From positions 29,450,001-29,514,000 of the forward strand of contig CATNEN010000038.1 in NCBI GenBank assembly GCA_950097015.1: DNA of 64,000 nucleotides, given 5' to 3'. The position numbers were made by a program, and so were the translations under genes. Positions 25,667-39,001 of the stretch are shown here, piece by piece. The first letter of the stretch is position 1. Every line of letters starts with the position of its first letter. This stretch comes from Macrostomum hystrix (taxonomy: Eukaryota > Animalia > Platyhelminthes). The notes beneath the pieces are model-generated. The model was not told where the DNA came from. It ran no database searches and was given only the letters and a program-made list of their open reading frames with translations.

Positions 25667-28600
25667 CTAGTGGCTAGGCCCATTCTTGGCGAAACAGGAC
25701 CGACAGACCCGACACTTGTCACGCAGGAACTGGTCAGGCAGGGGCAGGTACTGGTCGCAGCAGCGATAGCAGAATACGTCACCGCAGGCGCGGCAGTGGT
25801 GCCTCCTCAGCAGCTGGTTGAAGCCGGCGTGACAGGAGGCGCAGGCGTGCCGCAGATGGTCGGGAACCCAGCGGACGATGCCGCCTTCGTCGCATTCGTC
25901 GACTAATTCGGCGCTTTCTAGGCTCGGCTCTGATAGGGAGCTGCTGGCGCTTCGGCAGCGGTTCGAGGCATCCTCGCCTAGGTGACGCCCGTTGTCTAGC
26001 TGAGCCGCGGCGGCCATCTGAGCTTCGAGACGCTCTTGCAATTGACGGCGCGTGCATTCTGCTTGATGCAGCTCCGTGCGCAACTGACGAAGCTGATCCT
26101 GCAATTGTGGCGTCAGGAACTTCGCATTGGTTCTTAGATTGTAATCTGCTATCGCCAAAGTTATATTTACACCATGAGATGGGCCTTTGACAAACAAAAA
26201 TAGTGTGACAGGATCACTTAGATCCCATAGGATGTGATACGGATCACTTAGATCCCATAGAATATGATAGGGATCACTTAGATCCCATAGAATGTGATAG
26301 GGATCACTTAGATCCCATAGAATGTGATAGGGATCACTTAGATCCCATAGAATATGATAGGGATCACTTAGATCCCATAGAATGTGATAGGGATCACTTA
26401 GATCCCATAGAATGTGATACGGATCACTTAGATCCCATAGAATATGATAGGGATCACTTAGATCCCATAGAATGTGATAGGGATCACTTAGATCCCATAG
26501 AATGTGATAGGGATCACTTAGATCCCATAGAATGTGATAGGGATCACTTAGATCCCATAGAATGTGATACGGATCACTTAGATCCCATAGAATATGATAG
26601 GGATCACTTAGATCCCATAGAATGTGATAGGGATCACTTAGATCCCATAGAATGTAATAGGATCACTTAGGATGTGATCCCATAGGATCACATAGGATGT
26701 GATAGGGATCACTTAGATCCCATAGGATGTGATAGGGATCACTTAGATCCCATAGGATGTGATAAGAAGTCGTGTTGATTTTCGTAACCTTAAGTTGGTT
26801 TTATTAACAACTCTTTCCAGGCCACGAGTAGGCAAATCTAAACGTTGTTATTTATCATGTTTATTGCATATTCGTGACGACAAAGATTACAGAAATCAGT
26901 CAGCGACCCTGTCTAGGAATTTATCATTTCATTCAACGGAAAATCCTAAAACAGGCTTAGGAAAATAAGCTGCTAAATGGTTTTTGAATGGTTGGGATAA
27001 AATTTGATTACCTGGCGTGCTTTGAGGTGTTAGAAGCCACGCCGAAAATGATCAGAAATGAAGACTTTAATGCGTCATTGTGCTTTTCTGTTCAGATAAT
27101 TCCTAGGGTTAATCTATTTGTGTCTCAAAACCATTTTGTCTTGCTTCTTGATAAAAAATTTCTTGCTATCTCTATTTAGCTGATTCAGTTGCCCTCCTTA
27201 GAAAAAAGCAATGCTAAATTTAATAAGAAAATTCTTAACGTCCCTACGCTCATAACTTAGGCAGTCAAACAACACTAAACAAACCCCATCATAACCTTCA
27301 GATTGGGTCACTCCACTCTCAAATTCCTTCAGATTGGGTCACTCCACTCTTAAATTCCTTCAGATTGGGTCACTCCACTATCAAATACCTTCAGATTGGG
27401 TCACTCCACTCTCAAATTCCTTCAGATTGGGTCACTCCACTCTCAAATTCCTTCAGATTGGGTCACTCCACTCTTAAATTCCTTCAGATTGGGTCACTCC
27501 ACTCTCAAATTCCTTCAGATTCGGTCACTCCACTCTCAAATACCTTCAGATTGGGTCACTCCACTCTCAAATTCCTTCAGATTGGGTCACTCCACTCTCA
27601 AATTCCTTCAGATTGGGTCACTCCACTCTTAAATTCCTTCAGATTGGGTCACTCCACTCTCAAATTCCTTCAGATTGGGTCACTCCACTCTCAAATTCCT
27701 TCAGATTGGGTCACTTCACTCTCAAATTCCTTCAGATTAGGTCACTCCACTCTCAAATACCTTCAGATTGGGTCACTCCACTCTCAAATACCTTCAGATT
27801 GGGTCACTCCACTCTCAAATACCTTCAGATTGGGTCACTCCACTCTCAAATTCCTTCAGATTCGGTCACTCCTCTCTTAAATACCTTTAGTTTGGGTCAC
27901 TCCACTTTATCGTTTCTTCAGATTGGGTCACTCCACTCTCAAATTCCTTCAGATTGGGTCACTCCACTCTCAAATACCTTCAGATTGGGTCACTCCACTC
28001 TCAAATTCCTTCAGATTGGGTCAGTCCACTCTCAAATTCCTTCAGATTGGGTCACTTCACTCTCAAATTCCTTCAGATTCGGTCACTCCTCTCTTAAATA
28101 CCTTTAGTTTGGGTCACTCCACTTTATCGTTTCTTCAGATTGGGTCACTCGACTCTCAAATTCCTTCAGATTGGGTCACTCCACTCTCAAATACCTTCAG
28201 ATTGGGTCACTCCACTCTCAAATTCCTTCAGATTGGGTCAGTCCACTCTCAAATTCCTTCAGATTGGGTCACTTCACTCTCAAATTCCTTCAGATTCGGT
28301 CACTCCTCTCTTAAATACCTTTAGTTTGGGTCACTCCACTTTTAAGTTTCTTCAGATTGGGTCACTCCACTGTCAAATTCCTTCAGATTGGGTCACTCAA
28401 CTCTCAAATTCCTTCAGATTGGGTCACTCCACTCTTAAATTCCTTCAGATTGGGTCACTCCACTCTCAAATACCTTCAGATTGGGTCACTCCACTCTCAA
28501 ATTCCTTCAGATTGGGTCACTCCACTCTTAAATTCCTTCAGATTGGGTCACTCCACTCTTAAATTCCTTCAGATTGGGTCACTCCACTCTCAAATTCCTT

Positions 28601-31600
28601 CAGATTCGGTCACTCCACTCTCAAATACCTTCAGATTGGGTCACTCCACTCTCAAATTCCTTCAGATTGGGTCACTCCACTCTCAAATTCCTTCAGATTG
28701 GGTCACTCCACTCTTAAATTCCTTCAGATTGGGTCACTCCACTCTCAAATTCCTTCAGATTGGGTCACTCCACTCTCAAATTCCTTCAGATTGGGTCACT
28801 TCACTCTCAAATTCCTTCAGATTAGGTCACTCCACTCTCAAATACCTTCAGATTGGGTCACTCCACTCTCAAATACCTTCAGATTGGGTCACTCCACTCT
28901 CAAATACCTTCAGATTGGGTCACTCCACTCTCAAATTCCTTCAGATTCGGTCACTCCTCTCTTAAATACCTTTAGTTTGGGTCACTCCACTTTATCGTTT
29001 CTTCAGATTGGGTCACTCCACTCTCAAATTCCTTCAGATTGGGTCACTCCACTCTCAAATACCTTCAGATTGGGTCACTCCACTCTCAAATTCCTTCAGA
29101 TTGGGTCAGTCCACTCTCAAATTCCTTCAGATTGGGTCACTTCACTCTCAAATTCCTTCAGATTCGGTCACTCCTCTCTTAAATACCTTTAGTTTGGGTC
29201 ACTCCACTTTATCGTTTCTTCAGATTGGGTCACTCGACTCTCAAATTCCTTCAGATTGGGTCACTCCACTCTCAAATACCTTCAGATTGGGTCACTCCAC
29301 TCTCAAATTCCTTCAGATTGGGTCAGTCCACTCTCAAATTCCTTCAGATTGGGTCACTTCACTCTCAAATTCCTTCAGATTCGGTCACTCCTCTCTTAAA
29401 TACCTTTAGTTTGGGTCACTCCACTTTTAAGTTTCTTCAGATTGGGTCACTCCACTGTCAAATTCCTTCAGATTGGGTCACTCAACTCTCAAATTCCTTC
29501 AGATTGGGTCACTCCACTCTTAAATTCCTTCAGATTGGGTCACTCCACTCTCAAATTCCTTCAGATTGGGTCACTCCACTCTCAAATTCCTTCAGATTGG
29601 GTCACTCCACTCTCAAATACCTTCAGATTGGGTCACTCCACTCTCAAATACCTTCAGATTGGGTCACTCCACTCTCAAATTCCTTCAGATTGGGTCACTC
29701 CACTCTCAAATTCCTTCAGATTGGGTCACTCCACTCTCAAATACCTTCAGATTGGGTCACTCCACTCTCAAATACCTTCAGATTGGGTCACTCCACTCTC
29801 AAATTCCTTCAGATTGGGTCACTCCACTCTCAAATTTCTTCAGATTGGGTCACTCCACTCTCAAATTCCTTCAGATTGGGTCACTCCACTCTCAAATTCC
29901 TTCAGATTGGGTCACTCCACTCTCAAATTCCTTCAGATTGGGTCACTCCACTCTTAAATTCGTTAAGATTGGGTCACTCCACTCTCAAAGTCCTTCAGAT
30001 TGGGTCACTCAACTCTCAAATTCCTTCAGATTCGGTCACTCCTCTCTTAAATACCTTTAGTTTGGGTCACTCCACTTTTAAGTTTCTTCAGATTGGGTCA
30101 CTCCACTCTCAAATTCCTTCAGATTGGGTCACTCCACTCTCAAATACCTTCAGATTGGGTCACTCCACTCTCAAATTCCTTCAGATTGGGTCAGTCCACT
30201 CTCAAATTCCTTCAGATTGGGTCACTTCACTCTCAAATTCCTTCAGATTCGGTCACTCCTCTCTTAAATACCTTTAGTTTGGGTCACTCCACTTTATCGT
30301 TTCTTCAGATTGGGTCACTCGACTCTCAAATTCCTTCAGATTGGGTCACTCCACTCTCAAATACCTTCAGATTGGGTCACTCCACTCTCAAATTCCTTCA
30401 GATTGGGTCAGTCCACTCTCAAATTCCTTCAGATTGGGTCACTTCACTCTCAAATTCCTTCAGATTCGGTCACTCCTCTCTTAAATACCTTTAGTTTGGG
30501 TCACTCCACTTTTAAGTTTCTTCAGATTGGGTCACTCCACTGTCAAATTCCTTCAGATTGGGTCACTCAACTCTCAAATTCCTTCAGATTGGGTCACTCC
30601 ACTCTTAAATTCCTTCAGATTGGGTCACTCCACTCTCAAATTCCTTCAGATTGGGTCACTCCACTCTCAAATTCCTTCAGATTGGGTCACTCCACTCTCA
30701 AATACCTTCAGATTGGGTCACTCCACTCTCAAATACCTTCAGATTGGGTCACTCCACTCTCAAATTCCTTCAGATTGGGTCACTCCACTCTCAAATTCCT
30801 TCAGATTGGGTCACTCCACTCTCAAATACCTTCAGATTGGGTCACTCCACTCTCAAATACCTTCAGATTGGGTCACTCCACTCTCAAATTCCTTCAGATT
30901 GGGTCACTCCACTCTCAAATTTCTTCAGATTGGGTCACTCCACTCTCAAATTCCTTCAGATTGGGTCACTCCACTCTCAAATTCCTTCAGATTGGGTCAC
31001 TCCACTCTCAAATTCCTTCAGATTGGGTCACTCCACTCTTAAATTCGTTAAGATTGGGTCACTCCACTCTCAAAGTCCTTCAGATTGGGTCACTCAACTC
31101 TCAAATTCCTTCAGATTCGGTCACTCCTCTCTTAAATACCTTTAGTTTGGGTCACTCCACTTTTAAGTTTCTTCAGATTGGGTCACTCCACTGTCAAATT
31201 CCTTCAGATTGGGTCACTCAACTCTCAAATTCCTTCAGATTGGGTCACTCCACTCTTAAATTCCTTCAGATTGGGTCACTCCACTCTCAAATACCTTCAG
31301 ATTGGGTCACTCCACTCTCAAATTCCTTCAGATTGGGTCACTCCACTCTTAAATTCCTTCAGATTGGGTCACTCCACTCTTAAATTCCTTCAGATTGGGT
31401 CACTCCACTCTCAAATTCCTTCAGATTCGGTCACTCCACTCTCAAATACCTTCAGATTGGGTCACTCCACTCTCAAATTCCTTCAGATTGGGTCACTCCA
31501 CTCTCAAATTCCTTCAGATTGGGTCACTCCACTCTTAAATTCCTTCAGATTGGGTCACTCCACTCTCAAATTCCTTCAGATTGGGTCACTCCACTCTCAA

Positions 31601-34600
31601 ATTCCTTCAGATTGGGTCACTTCACTCTCAAATTCCTTCAGATTAGGTCACTCCACTCTCAAATACCTTCAGATTGGGTCACTCCACTCTCAAATACCTT
31701 CAGATTGGGTCACTCCACTCTCAAATACCTTCAGATTGGGTCACTCCACTCTCAAATTCCTTCAGATTCGGTCACTCCTCTCTTAAATACCTTTAGTTTG
31801 GGTCACTCCACTTTATCGTTTCTTCAGATTGGGTCACTCCACTCTCAAATTCCTTCAGATTGGGTCACTCCACTCTCAAATACCTTCAGATTGGGTCACT
31901 CCACTCTCAAATTCCTTCAGATTGGGTCAGTCCACTCTCAAATTCCTTCAGATTGGGTCACTTCACTCTCAAATTCCTTCAGATTCGGTCACTCCTCTCT
32001 TAAATACCTTTAGTTTGGGTCACTCCACTTTATCGTTTCTTCAGATTGGGTCACTCCACTCTCAAATTCCTTCAGATTGGGTCACTCCACTCTCAAATAC
32101 CTTCAGATTGGGTCACTCCACTCTCAAATTCCTTCAGATTGGGTCAGTCCACTCTCAAATTCCTTCAGATTGGGTCACTTCACTCTCAAATTCCTTCAGA
32201 TTCGGTCACTCCTCTCCTAAATACCTTTAGTTTGGGTCACTCCACTTTTAAGTTTCTTCAGATTGGGTCACTCCACTGTCAAATTCCTTCAGATTGGGTC
32301 ACTCAACTCTCAAATTCCTTCAGATTGGGTCACTCCACTCTTAAATTCCTTCAGATTGGGTCACTCCACTCTCAAATTCCTTCAGATTGGGTCACTCCAC
32401 TCTCAAATTCCTTCAGATTGGGTCACTCCACTCTCAAATACCTTCAGATTGGGTCACTCCACTCTCAAATACCTTCAGATTGGGTCACTCCACTCTCAAA
32501 TTCCTTCAGATTGGGTCACTCCACTCTCAAATTCCTTCAGATTGGGTCACTCCACTCTCAAATTCCTTCAGATTGGGTCACTCCACTCTCAAATACCTTC
32601 AGATTGGGTCACTCCACTCTCAAATTCCTTCAGATTGGGTCACTCCACTCTCAAATTTCTTCAGATTGGGTCACTCCACTCTCAAATTCCTTCAGATTGG
32701 GTCACTCCACTCTCAAATTCCTTCAGATTGGGTCACTCAACTCTCAAATTCCTTCAGATTGGGTCACTCCACTCTTAAATTCGTTAAGATTGGGTCACTC
32801 CACTCTCAAAGTCCTTCAGATTGGGTCACTCAACTCTCAAATTCCTTCAGATTGGGTCACTCCACTCTCAAATTCCTTCAGATTCGGTCACTCCTCTCTC
32901 AAATTCCTTCAGATTGGGTCACTCCACTTTTAAGTTTCTTTAGATTGGGTCACTCCACTCTCAAATTCCTTCAGAGTGGGTCACTCCACTTTTAAGTCTT
33001 AAATCCCGTTTAAGCAGCTCGATAAAAAGAAGCAGTAGCGAACAAAGTGTCTTGCTGGACAAAACCTGTCTTTCAAGCCTGTAGACAACTTCACCGATTG
33101 CTCGCAATTGTTAAAAGACAAGGCCCACATTTATCTTTTTCTTATCCTAAAGTTGATGCAGAACTGAGAATTTTTTTGGTAAAGCTGCATTGACAAGGCG
33201 TTGTGTAATGATTGATACGTTAGAGAAGAATCAGAAACGGAAGGGAATACTAGACGAGTAGGCAGAATAGACGTCAAATGCGTGTTAATTATCCTGTTAG
33301 AGTATACAGGTAGTTATTGAAATGAGACAGCAAAAGCAGACCTTGTGGCAACGAAATACCATGCTTGAATATATCAAGCACCCTAATCACAACAAGATTT
33401 GCAATTCTAACTAAATCAGAAATCTTAATCTTCATGAGAAATCCCAATGTAGATTAGATATCCCAACCTTGATAAAAAATCCCAATCTAGATGAGAAATC
33501 TAACAGCAAACTAGATGAGAAATCCCATTACAAACTAGATGAGAAATCCCACTACCAAAACTAGATGAGAAATCCCATTACAAACTAGATGAGAAATCCC
33601 ATTACAAACTAGATGAGAAATCCCATTACAAACTAGATGAGAAATCCCACTACCAAAACTAGATGAGAAATCCCATTACAAACTAGATGAGAAATCCCAC
33701 TACCAAAACTAGATGAGAAATCCCATTACAAACTAGATGAGAAATCCCATTACAAACTAGATGAGAAATCCCACTACCAAAACTAGATGAGAAATCCCAT
33801 TACAAACTAGATGAGAAATCCCATTACAAACTAGATGAGAAATCCCATTACAAACTAGATGAGAAATCTCACCTGGAACGGGTCGCAGGCCATGGGCAAG
33901 CCGTCCCAATCCAGTAGGTCAAAACTGCCGGGCTGTCTCTGGGGTGCGTACAATTCCCGCCACAGCTGTAGGCAGTGCATAGCAGCCGATGGGGCCAGTA
34001 AAACGTGAGTAGGCTGATAGAGCTCGTTTCTTATGCCGGCTAGTTTGAGCACATTCCAAACGCACAGGCCGCGACTTTTCAAATCGGCTGCGTCTCGTTC
34101 GAGCGGTCCGTTGCTAAGGAAACTGCTAAACAAACCGGAATAAGAGTGCACCGCCAGGCGCCTCAACAGTGCGTCGGTGAATTCAAATTCCATAGGAAAC
34201 TGCAGCAGCAGCTGATGTACACAGTCTAAGAATTGCAGAAATATTGGCGACCTTTCGTTGACATCTCGACCGGAGCATCTGTCAGCGAATTTGTGCCCGA
34301 ATTCAAACCATTCCCGATTGATGAGAGTGCGAAATCCTTCCAGGCTGCGATAGTAGGGATCAAGCAGGAGCTGGCACAGGCTGGTTAACTGAGGAGTGCG
34401 GTCCCACCCGTCAGAGCAGTGTACTAGCACTGAGCGACCTTCGGCTACTAGAACCTGCAGGGTGGACAAACAATAGCACATCACAATGTCAACACCGCCT
34501 TAATACTGTTAGTTCACACCAACACACAAATCACTGACATCTATTATATAATCCCTCACCTCATCCCTTTGACATCCCCCAACCTTCATCTTACCCCTGT

Positions 34601-37600
34601 TCACATCCTCCAACCTACATCTCATCCCCTCTGACATCCTCCAACCTCCATCTCATCCCCTCTGACATCCTGGACATCCCAATCTTCATCTCATCCTCTG
34701 GACATCCCCAATCTTGATCTAATCCCTTCTGACATCCCAAACCTTCATCTCATCCCCTCTGACATCCTCCAACCTTCATCTCATCCCCTCTGACATCCTC
34801 CAACCTTCATCTCATCCTCCTGACATCCTCCAACCTACATATCAACCCCTCTGACATCCCCAATCTTCATTTCATCCTCTTGACATCCCTAATCTTCATT
34901 TCATCCTTTTTATCCCCAATCTTCATCTCATCCTCTTCATCCCTAATCTTCATCTTATCCCCTCGGACATACCTGAGCTATCCTATAAGCGTGCCTCAGC
35001 AGAGAGCTAAGCAGTGTTAGCCAGCCGGATCGCTCAACATCGCTAAGAAAGTTGGCATTTTGAGCGGCCGCAGCAGCGGCAGCAGCAGCCGCAGCGGCCG
35101 AATTATAATTGACTACGGAAACCTGATTGGATGGTGAAGCGACAGCGGGTCTAGCATTCGTATCAATTGTATTCGCAGTCGCCGACGCCGAAACAGCGTC
35201 GAAAGTGACCGAAATTTTCGGCGTCGTAGAATTCGACAAAGCAGCGGCGGTGACAGTGCCGTCTCGACCGCAGCAGGCCGCGCCAAGCGCTGAGCGCAAT
35301 GCGACGAAGCTATTCCTAACAGCGTGAATATTAGGCAGGCCCAGATACTCAATCTCCGTGCCGGTGTAGTATTCCGGTCTTTCGTAGCCTCCGCCTCGTG
35401 TGCCGTTGCCCAATGCTGATGTGTAGTGTCTGGCGTCGACAATGAGAACCTGCGGTAATTTCCCCAGTGAAATATTAGGATAATGAATACTTTCATACTA
35501 TTAATTATATCAAGACGATCAGAATAATGCAAGTTCATACTTTTCAGTCCTGGGGGTTGTCGTGCAATTTACGCCATTGAGGGCAAATCTCCAAGGCACA
35601 GTTAGAGTGTACATTGCCTGAAGATGAGAGACTAAGGGCAGATGTACACACCTGTGCATGTGTGCTCAGGAGTCAGCGAAATGGGCAGAATTGCCTCCTC
35701 GCTGGCTGCGGGTCTAGTGTCACTAAATGATGTGCCATTGCCTGCAGCCCTACTGAAAATATTATTAGTAACTGTTCACTCACTAGATTAAAAAGCTGTT
35801 CGATAGACACACTACAATTATTGCAGTGGAGTCGGGATTTGAACACACGAGCTTTAAGTCGCGAGTAGAGTAGAGAAATATTAAAATAGAGTGCAAACTG
35901 CTCTACAGACTATAAACAAATATCCTCCGAGATTTTTTTAGTCTCAAACAAAAATATAATTTGCTGAAGTGACGATACGAGCTACATCTCGAGGCTTAAT
36001 TCCCGGAAATGATTGACAGAGAATTGATTAGTCATAAAGCCTGAAATGCGATACCTTAGATAGAAATTAATTTTTAAGTCGAACTTTTAAAGAAGTGAAA
36101 TATCTACAACGTCGTGAATACGTTGATTAATGTTGGAGTCCTCATATTTAGACAAATTAGTTTCTTGGAAACTTCTAGATTGTTGACAGTGATTAGTCTG
36201 CGTGTGTAAAATAGGACAACTATTAAAAGATTACGATTTTTGTCATTTTTAAGATAACCGCTACTCGAAAGTCTAAATTAACAAATAAATAACAATACTT
36301 AGCAACAAAAATAAGTTCTCCATTTTTACTACTTAAAGTAGTATATTCAGGTAAAATTGGACGCTTTGCAAGTATGATGAAGAGAAATGCGAAAATCAAC
36401 TTGCAATGTTAATTTAATTTCATTACTTTTTTCCCGTTTGTCTCGTAAAGCAGTTTATTTGAATGACCCTTAGGACTAGAAACCAAGACTAAGTTTCGTG
36501 GACTGAACTAAGGCTGAACTATACAGCATTCAGATGCTTCCTCACTGGCTGCACATCTGGCTCAATTAGTTCTGCTGTTATCATAATAATAACTGCCGGA
36601 GGGCTGCGGGCAATGGTACATCATATGGTGACACTTGACCTGCAGCCAGTGAGGAGGCAATTCTGCTCATTCGGCAGACTCATTGTCACTTTTACTAAGC
36701 CTTGGAGGTTGGCCCTAAAGGGCGCAAATTGCATGACAAGCCCCCGAGCCTTCTCACCGCGGCTGAGCAGTAATAAATATAAGTGTGGTCTCGCCACTCA
36801 CCTCTGCCTCCCCCCTAGGTCAGGTGGTTTCTATTAACTGGGCCTTGACAGTTGGACCTCAAAGGCGTAAATTGCACGGAAAGCCGTTAAGCCTTCTCTC
36901 TGTGAATGCGCCCCAAAATGAAAATGGCTTCGCCGCGGATTCGAGCTTGGGCAGTAAAATGTGTTTTCGCTTTATTGGCCTCCTGTCTGCTTATCTGGCA
37001 CTACTCAGCTTACCTTTTTAGCTGGATCGGGGCTTAGCAGCCTGACCAGTTTCTCATCCGGTTCGCATCGCCAGCCCAGAAAACCGGCCAGTCCAACCAA
37101 TGGCTGAGCGGAGCGAGCCAATACGGCTCCATTGGTGCGGCATCGCCACACAGGCGCCGGGAAGCGGCCCTGGGCTCGATAGCCGCTTGATGCTTTCAGT
37201 TCGGCGTCGCTAACTGCTTCCGGGAGCAGATGCAATCGAGGATAAGACTGACAGATGGATCTCTCCGTATTGAGTCGGGTGACGCGCCAACCGTTGATAA
37301 TCTGATTATCCTTCTTAACAAAGCCCAATCGTTTAGCTTCGAATTGGAAGCAAGGCTCAGTATAGTGGGCCGAATATTTCAAATCGACATCGTTAAACGA
37401 TTGGCGCCTATCTGGCTGTTGCTGGCGTTTCCTAATGGCCTTCTTAAATAAACAGGGAAAATACGTGGCACCCTGGCAGTCTAGCAAGGGACTAAGCTTG
37501 GCCGGGTCTAAACGCTCCGCCCAACGATTAAGTTCGGCCAGGGTCTCAAAGTACAGCCTCGGCAGGTTGCAGCGGCCGTCCTGTATTGCCAAGTTTAAAA

Positions 37601-39001
37601 AAGGCTTTGTTAGAAGCACCTAAGATTTGACGAGACGAAAAACTCCTTTATTTAATACACGGAGACTGATAACGAATAAAAAAGCAAACTGTCAACAACA
37701 ATGGCACACCTTACAATGCAGTTGCAACTGCAAGCCATCCAATGATTGCAATCGCTCAATTAGACAAACTGGCAATGATTCAACTAGATGAGCATCGGTT
37801 TGCTCAGCAGCAGCACTCGCCGCGGACGCATTTGAACTCTGTCCACAAGCATCGAATTGTCGGCGAAGCAGCAATAATCGATAATTAGTCAGCACAATAG
37901 ACAATCCAGTGGCTTCAATGCCGGAGAAGCGGACACGCTCGCCTGGCAACAGCGAGTCGCCTGGCAACAGCGAGCGCACGCCAGTTGGTCCGCCTTCTTC
38001 ATCAGTCTCATCGTCGTCGTTCTGAACGTCGCCTTCGTCATCCGGATGAGCCGGCACTGAGGACAGCTCCTCAGGCGCTGTGCCGCACGAACTGATGCTG
38101 GGACAGCTGGACAATGTGCGCACGCGGGTCAGAGCGTCCTATGGGATGATAACAGGGAGAGGGAAAACTGATTAGACTTAGAAGTGGATAGTCCAGTGAA
38201 GCTATAATGCTGAAACGTCTGCATCTGCATCTGCCACCATCTGATGCTGGTACTTATTTAACATTAGAACTACCAGGGGGGGAGAACCCCCCCGACCGTT
38301 ACAAAGAAATCCGAAGGTACAGGCAGCTCCGTCTAGATAAAGGTAGGCGACCTCCTAAGATGCAGGCACATTCGTGGGACGTGCTGATACAGGTCGCACG
38401 GAGGCGCAGTACAAATTCGTTGTACTGCTAGATATACAAACCGTTGAATATCTCGACGTTCTGAAGCACTGGCGACTTGATTTTTGTTTTAGAAGATGCG
38501 CACCAAAAGTTTCATGCGCTTGCATTGCTCCGTTCGAGTGCAGCACAAATGATTGTCAGAATTTTGCCTGGAAAAACCCCCTTAGTATAAAAACGGGCGG
38601 CAAAATGGCCTAGTAGTAATAGTAGTGGTAGTAATAGGTAGTAACTATTAAATCATTGACAATCCTCAGGATTCGAACCTTTGTATGAAATCCGAATGCA
38701 TCAATCTGCCACATAACCTGAGTTCGGATTTTCACCCCTAAAGCCTATCAGAAGCAGTTTGTGTCATTAAACAAGACATTTAATTCCCAGTAATTTGTGA
38801 GTAAAATGACTGACTTGCCTGCAACTCGTGAGGTTGCAATGAGGCGTGACCTGGTAGAAGATCCCCAGAGCTAGCAGACGGCAGCAGAGAACCAGCAGTG
38901 TCATCAGATTCTTCATGGATTGAGCCATGAAGTGTTGTTGCTGATGATGTCATTGTTGGTTGCTCTTTGTCTTCAGAATCTTCTGCTGTTCTGGATGTCA
39001 T
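25667..39001 (-). CDS. MTMR3: Myotubularin-related phosphoinositide 3-phosphatase with C-terminal FYVE domain (MTMR3/MTMR4 type)
   Basis: Exons: 39001-38819, 38138-37710 (PH-GRAM: LTNYRL), 37580-37014 (SYP, R.P, RSAQP), 35449-34973 (IVDAR, GGGYE, NIHAVR), 34454-33873 (HCSDGWDRT active site, GHKF.DR), 26098-25667 (coiled coil; WVPD, RRHHCRACG FYVE). All phase 0. MTMR3 and MTMR4 cannot be separated. Confidence 0.92.
26208..26765 (+). repeat. 30-bp minisatellite (GGATCACTTAGATCCCATAGAATGTGATAG)n
   Basis: About 18 copies, ending about 110 bp before the acceptor of the FYVE exon. Confidence 0.95.
27295..32997 (+). repeat. 31-bp satellite (CCTTCAGATTGGGTCACTCCACTCTCAAATT)n with higher-order structure
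   Basis: About 184 units. Variant blocks recur at 217 bp (7 units) and 1085 bp (35 units). Confidence 0.98.
33478..33872 (-). repeat. 24/26-bp minisatellite beginning at an MTMR splice donor
   Basis: Sense unit ATGGGATTTCTCATCTAGTTTGTA; the first unit, GTGAGATTTCTCATCTAGTTTGTA, is the donor. Confidence 0.93.
34555..34972 (-). repeat. Degenerate ~31-bp minisatellite beginning at an MTMR splice donor
   Basis: Sense unit is approximately GGATGTCAGAGGGGATGAGATGAAGGTTGGA; the donor unit is GTATGTCCGAGGGGATAAGATGAAG. Confidence 0.85.
35550..35770 (+). mobile_element. SINE-like family B copy
   Basis: GGGCAGATGTACACACCTGTG...CTCAGGAGTCAGCG...CTCGCTGGCTGCGGGTCTAGTG. Confidence 0.7.
38320..38612. 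mobile_element. Dispersed repeat, same family as 14545-15130
   Basis: Colinear shared blocks as listed for the 14545 copy. Confidence 0.55.

Noticed and set aside
27365-32995. Many long ORFs of the type GHSTLKFLQIGSLHSQIPSDWVTPLSNSFRL
   Set aside because: Artefact of a 31-bp unit that is stop-free in all three plus-strand frames; the array is intronic and antisense to MTMR.
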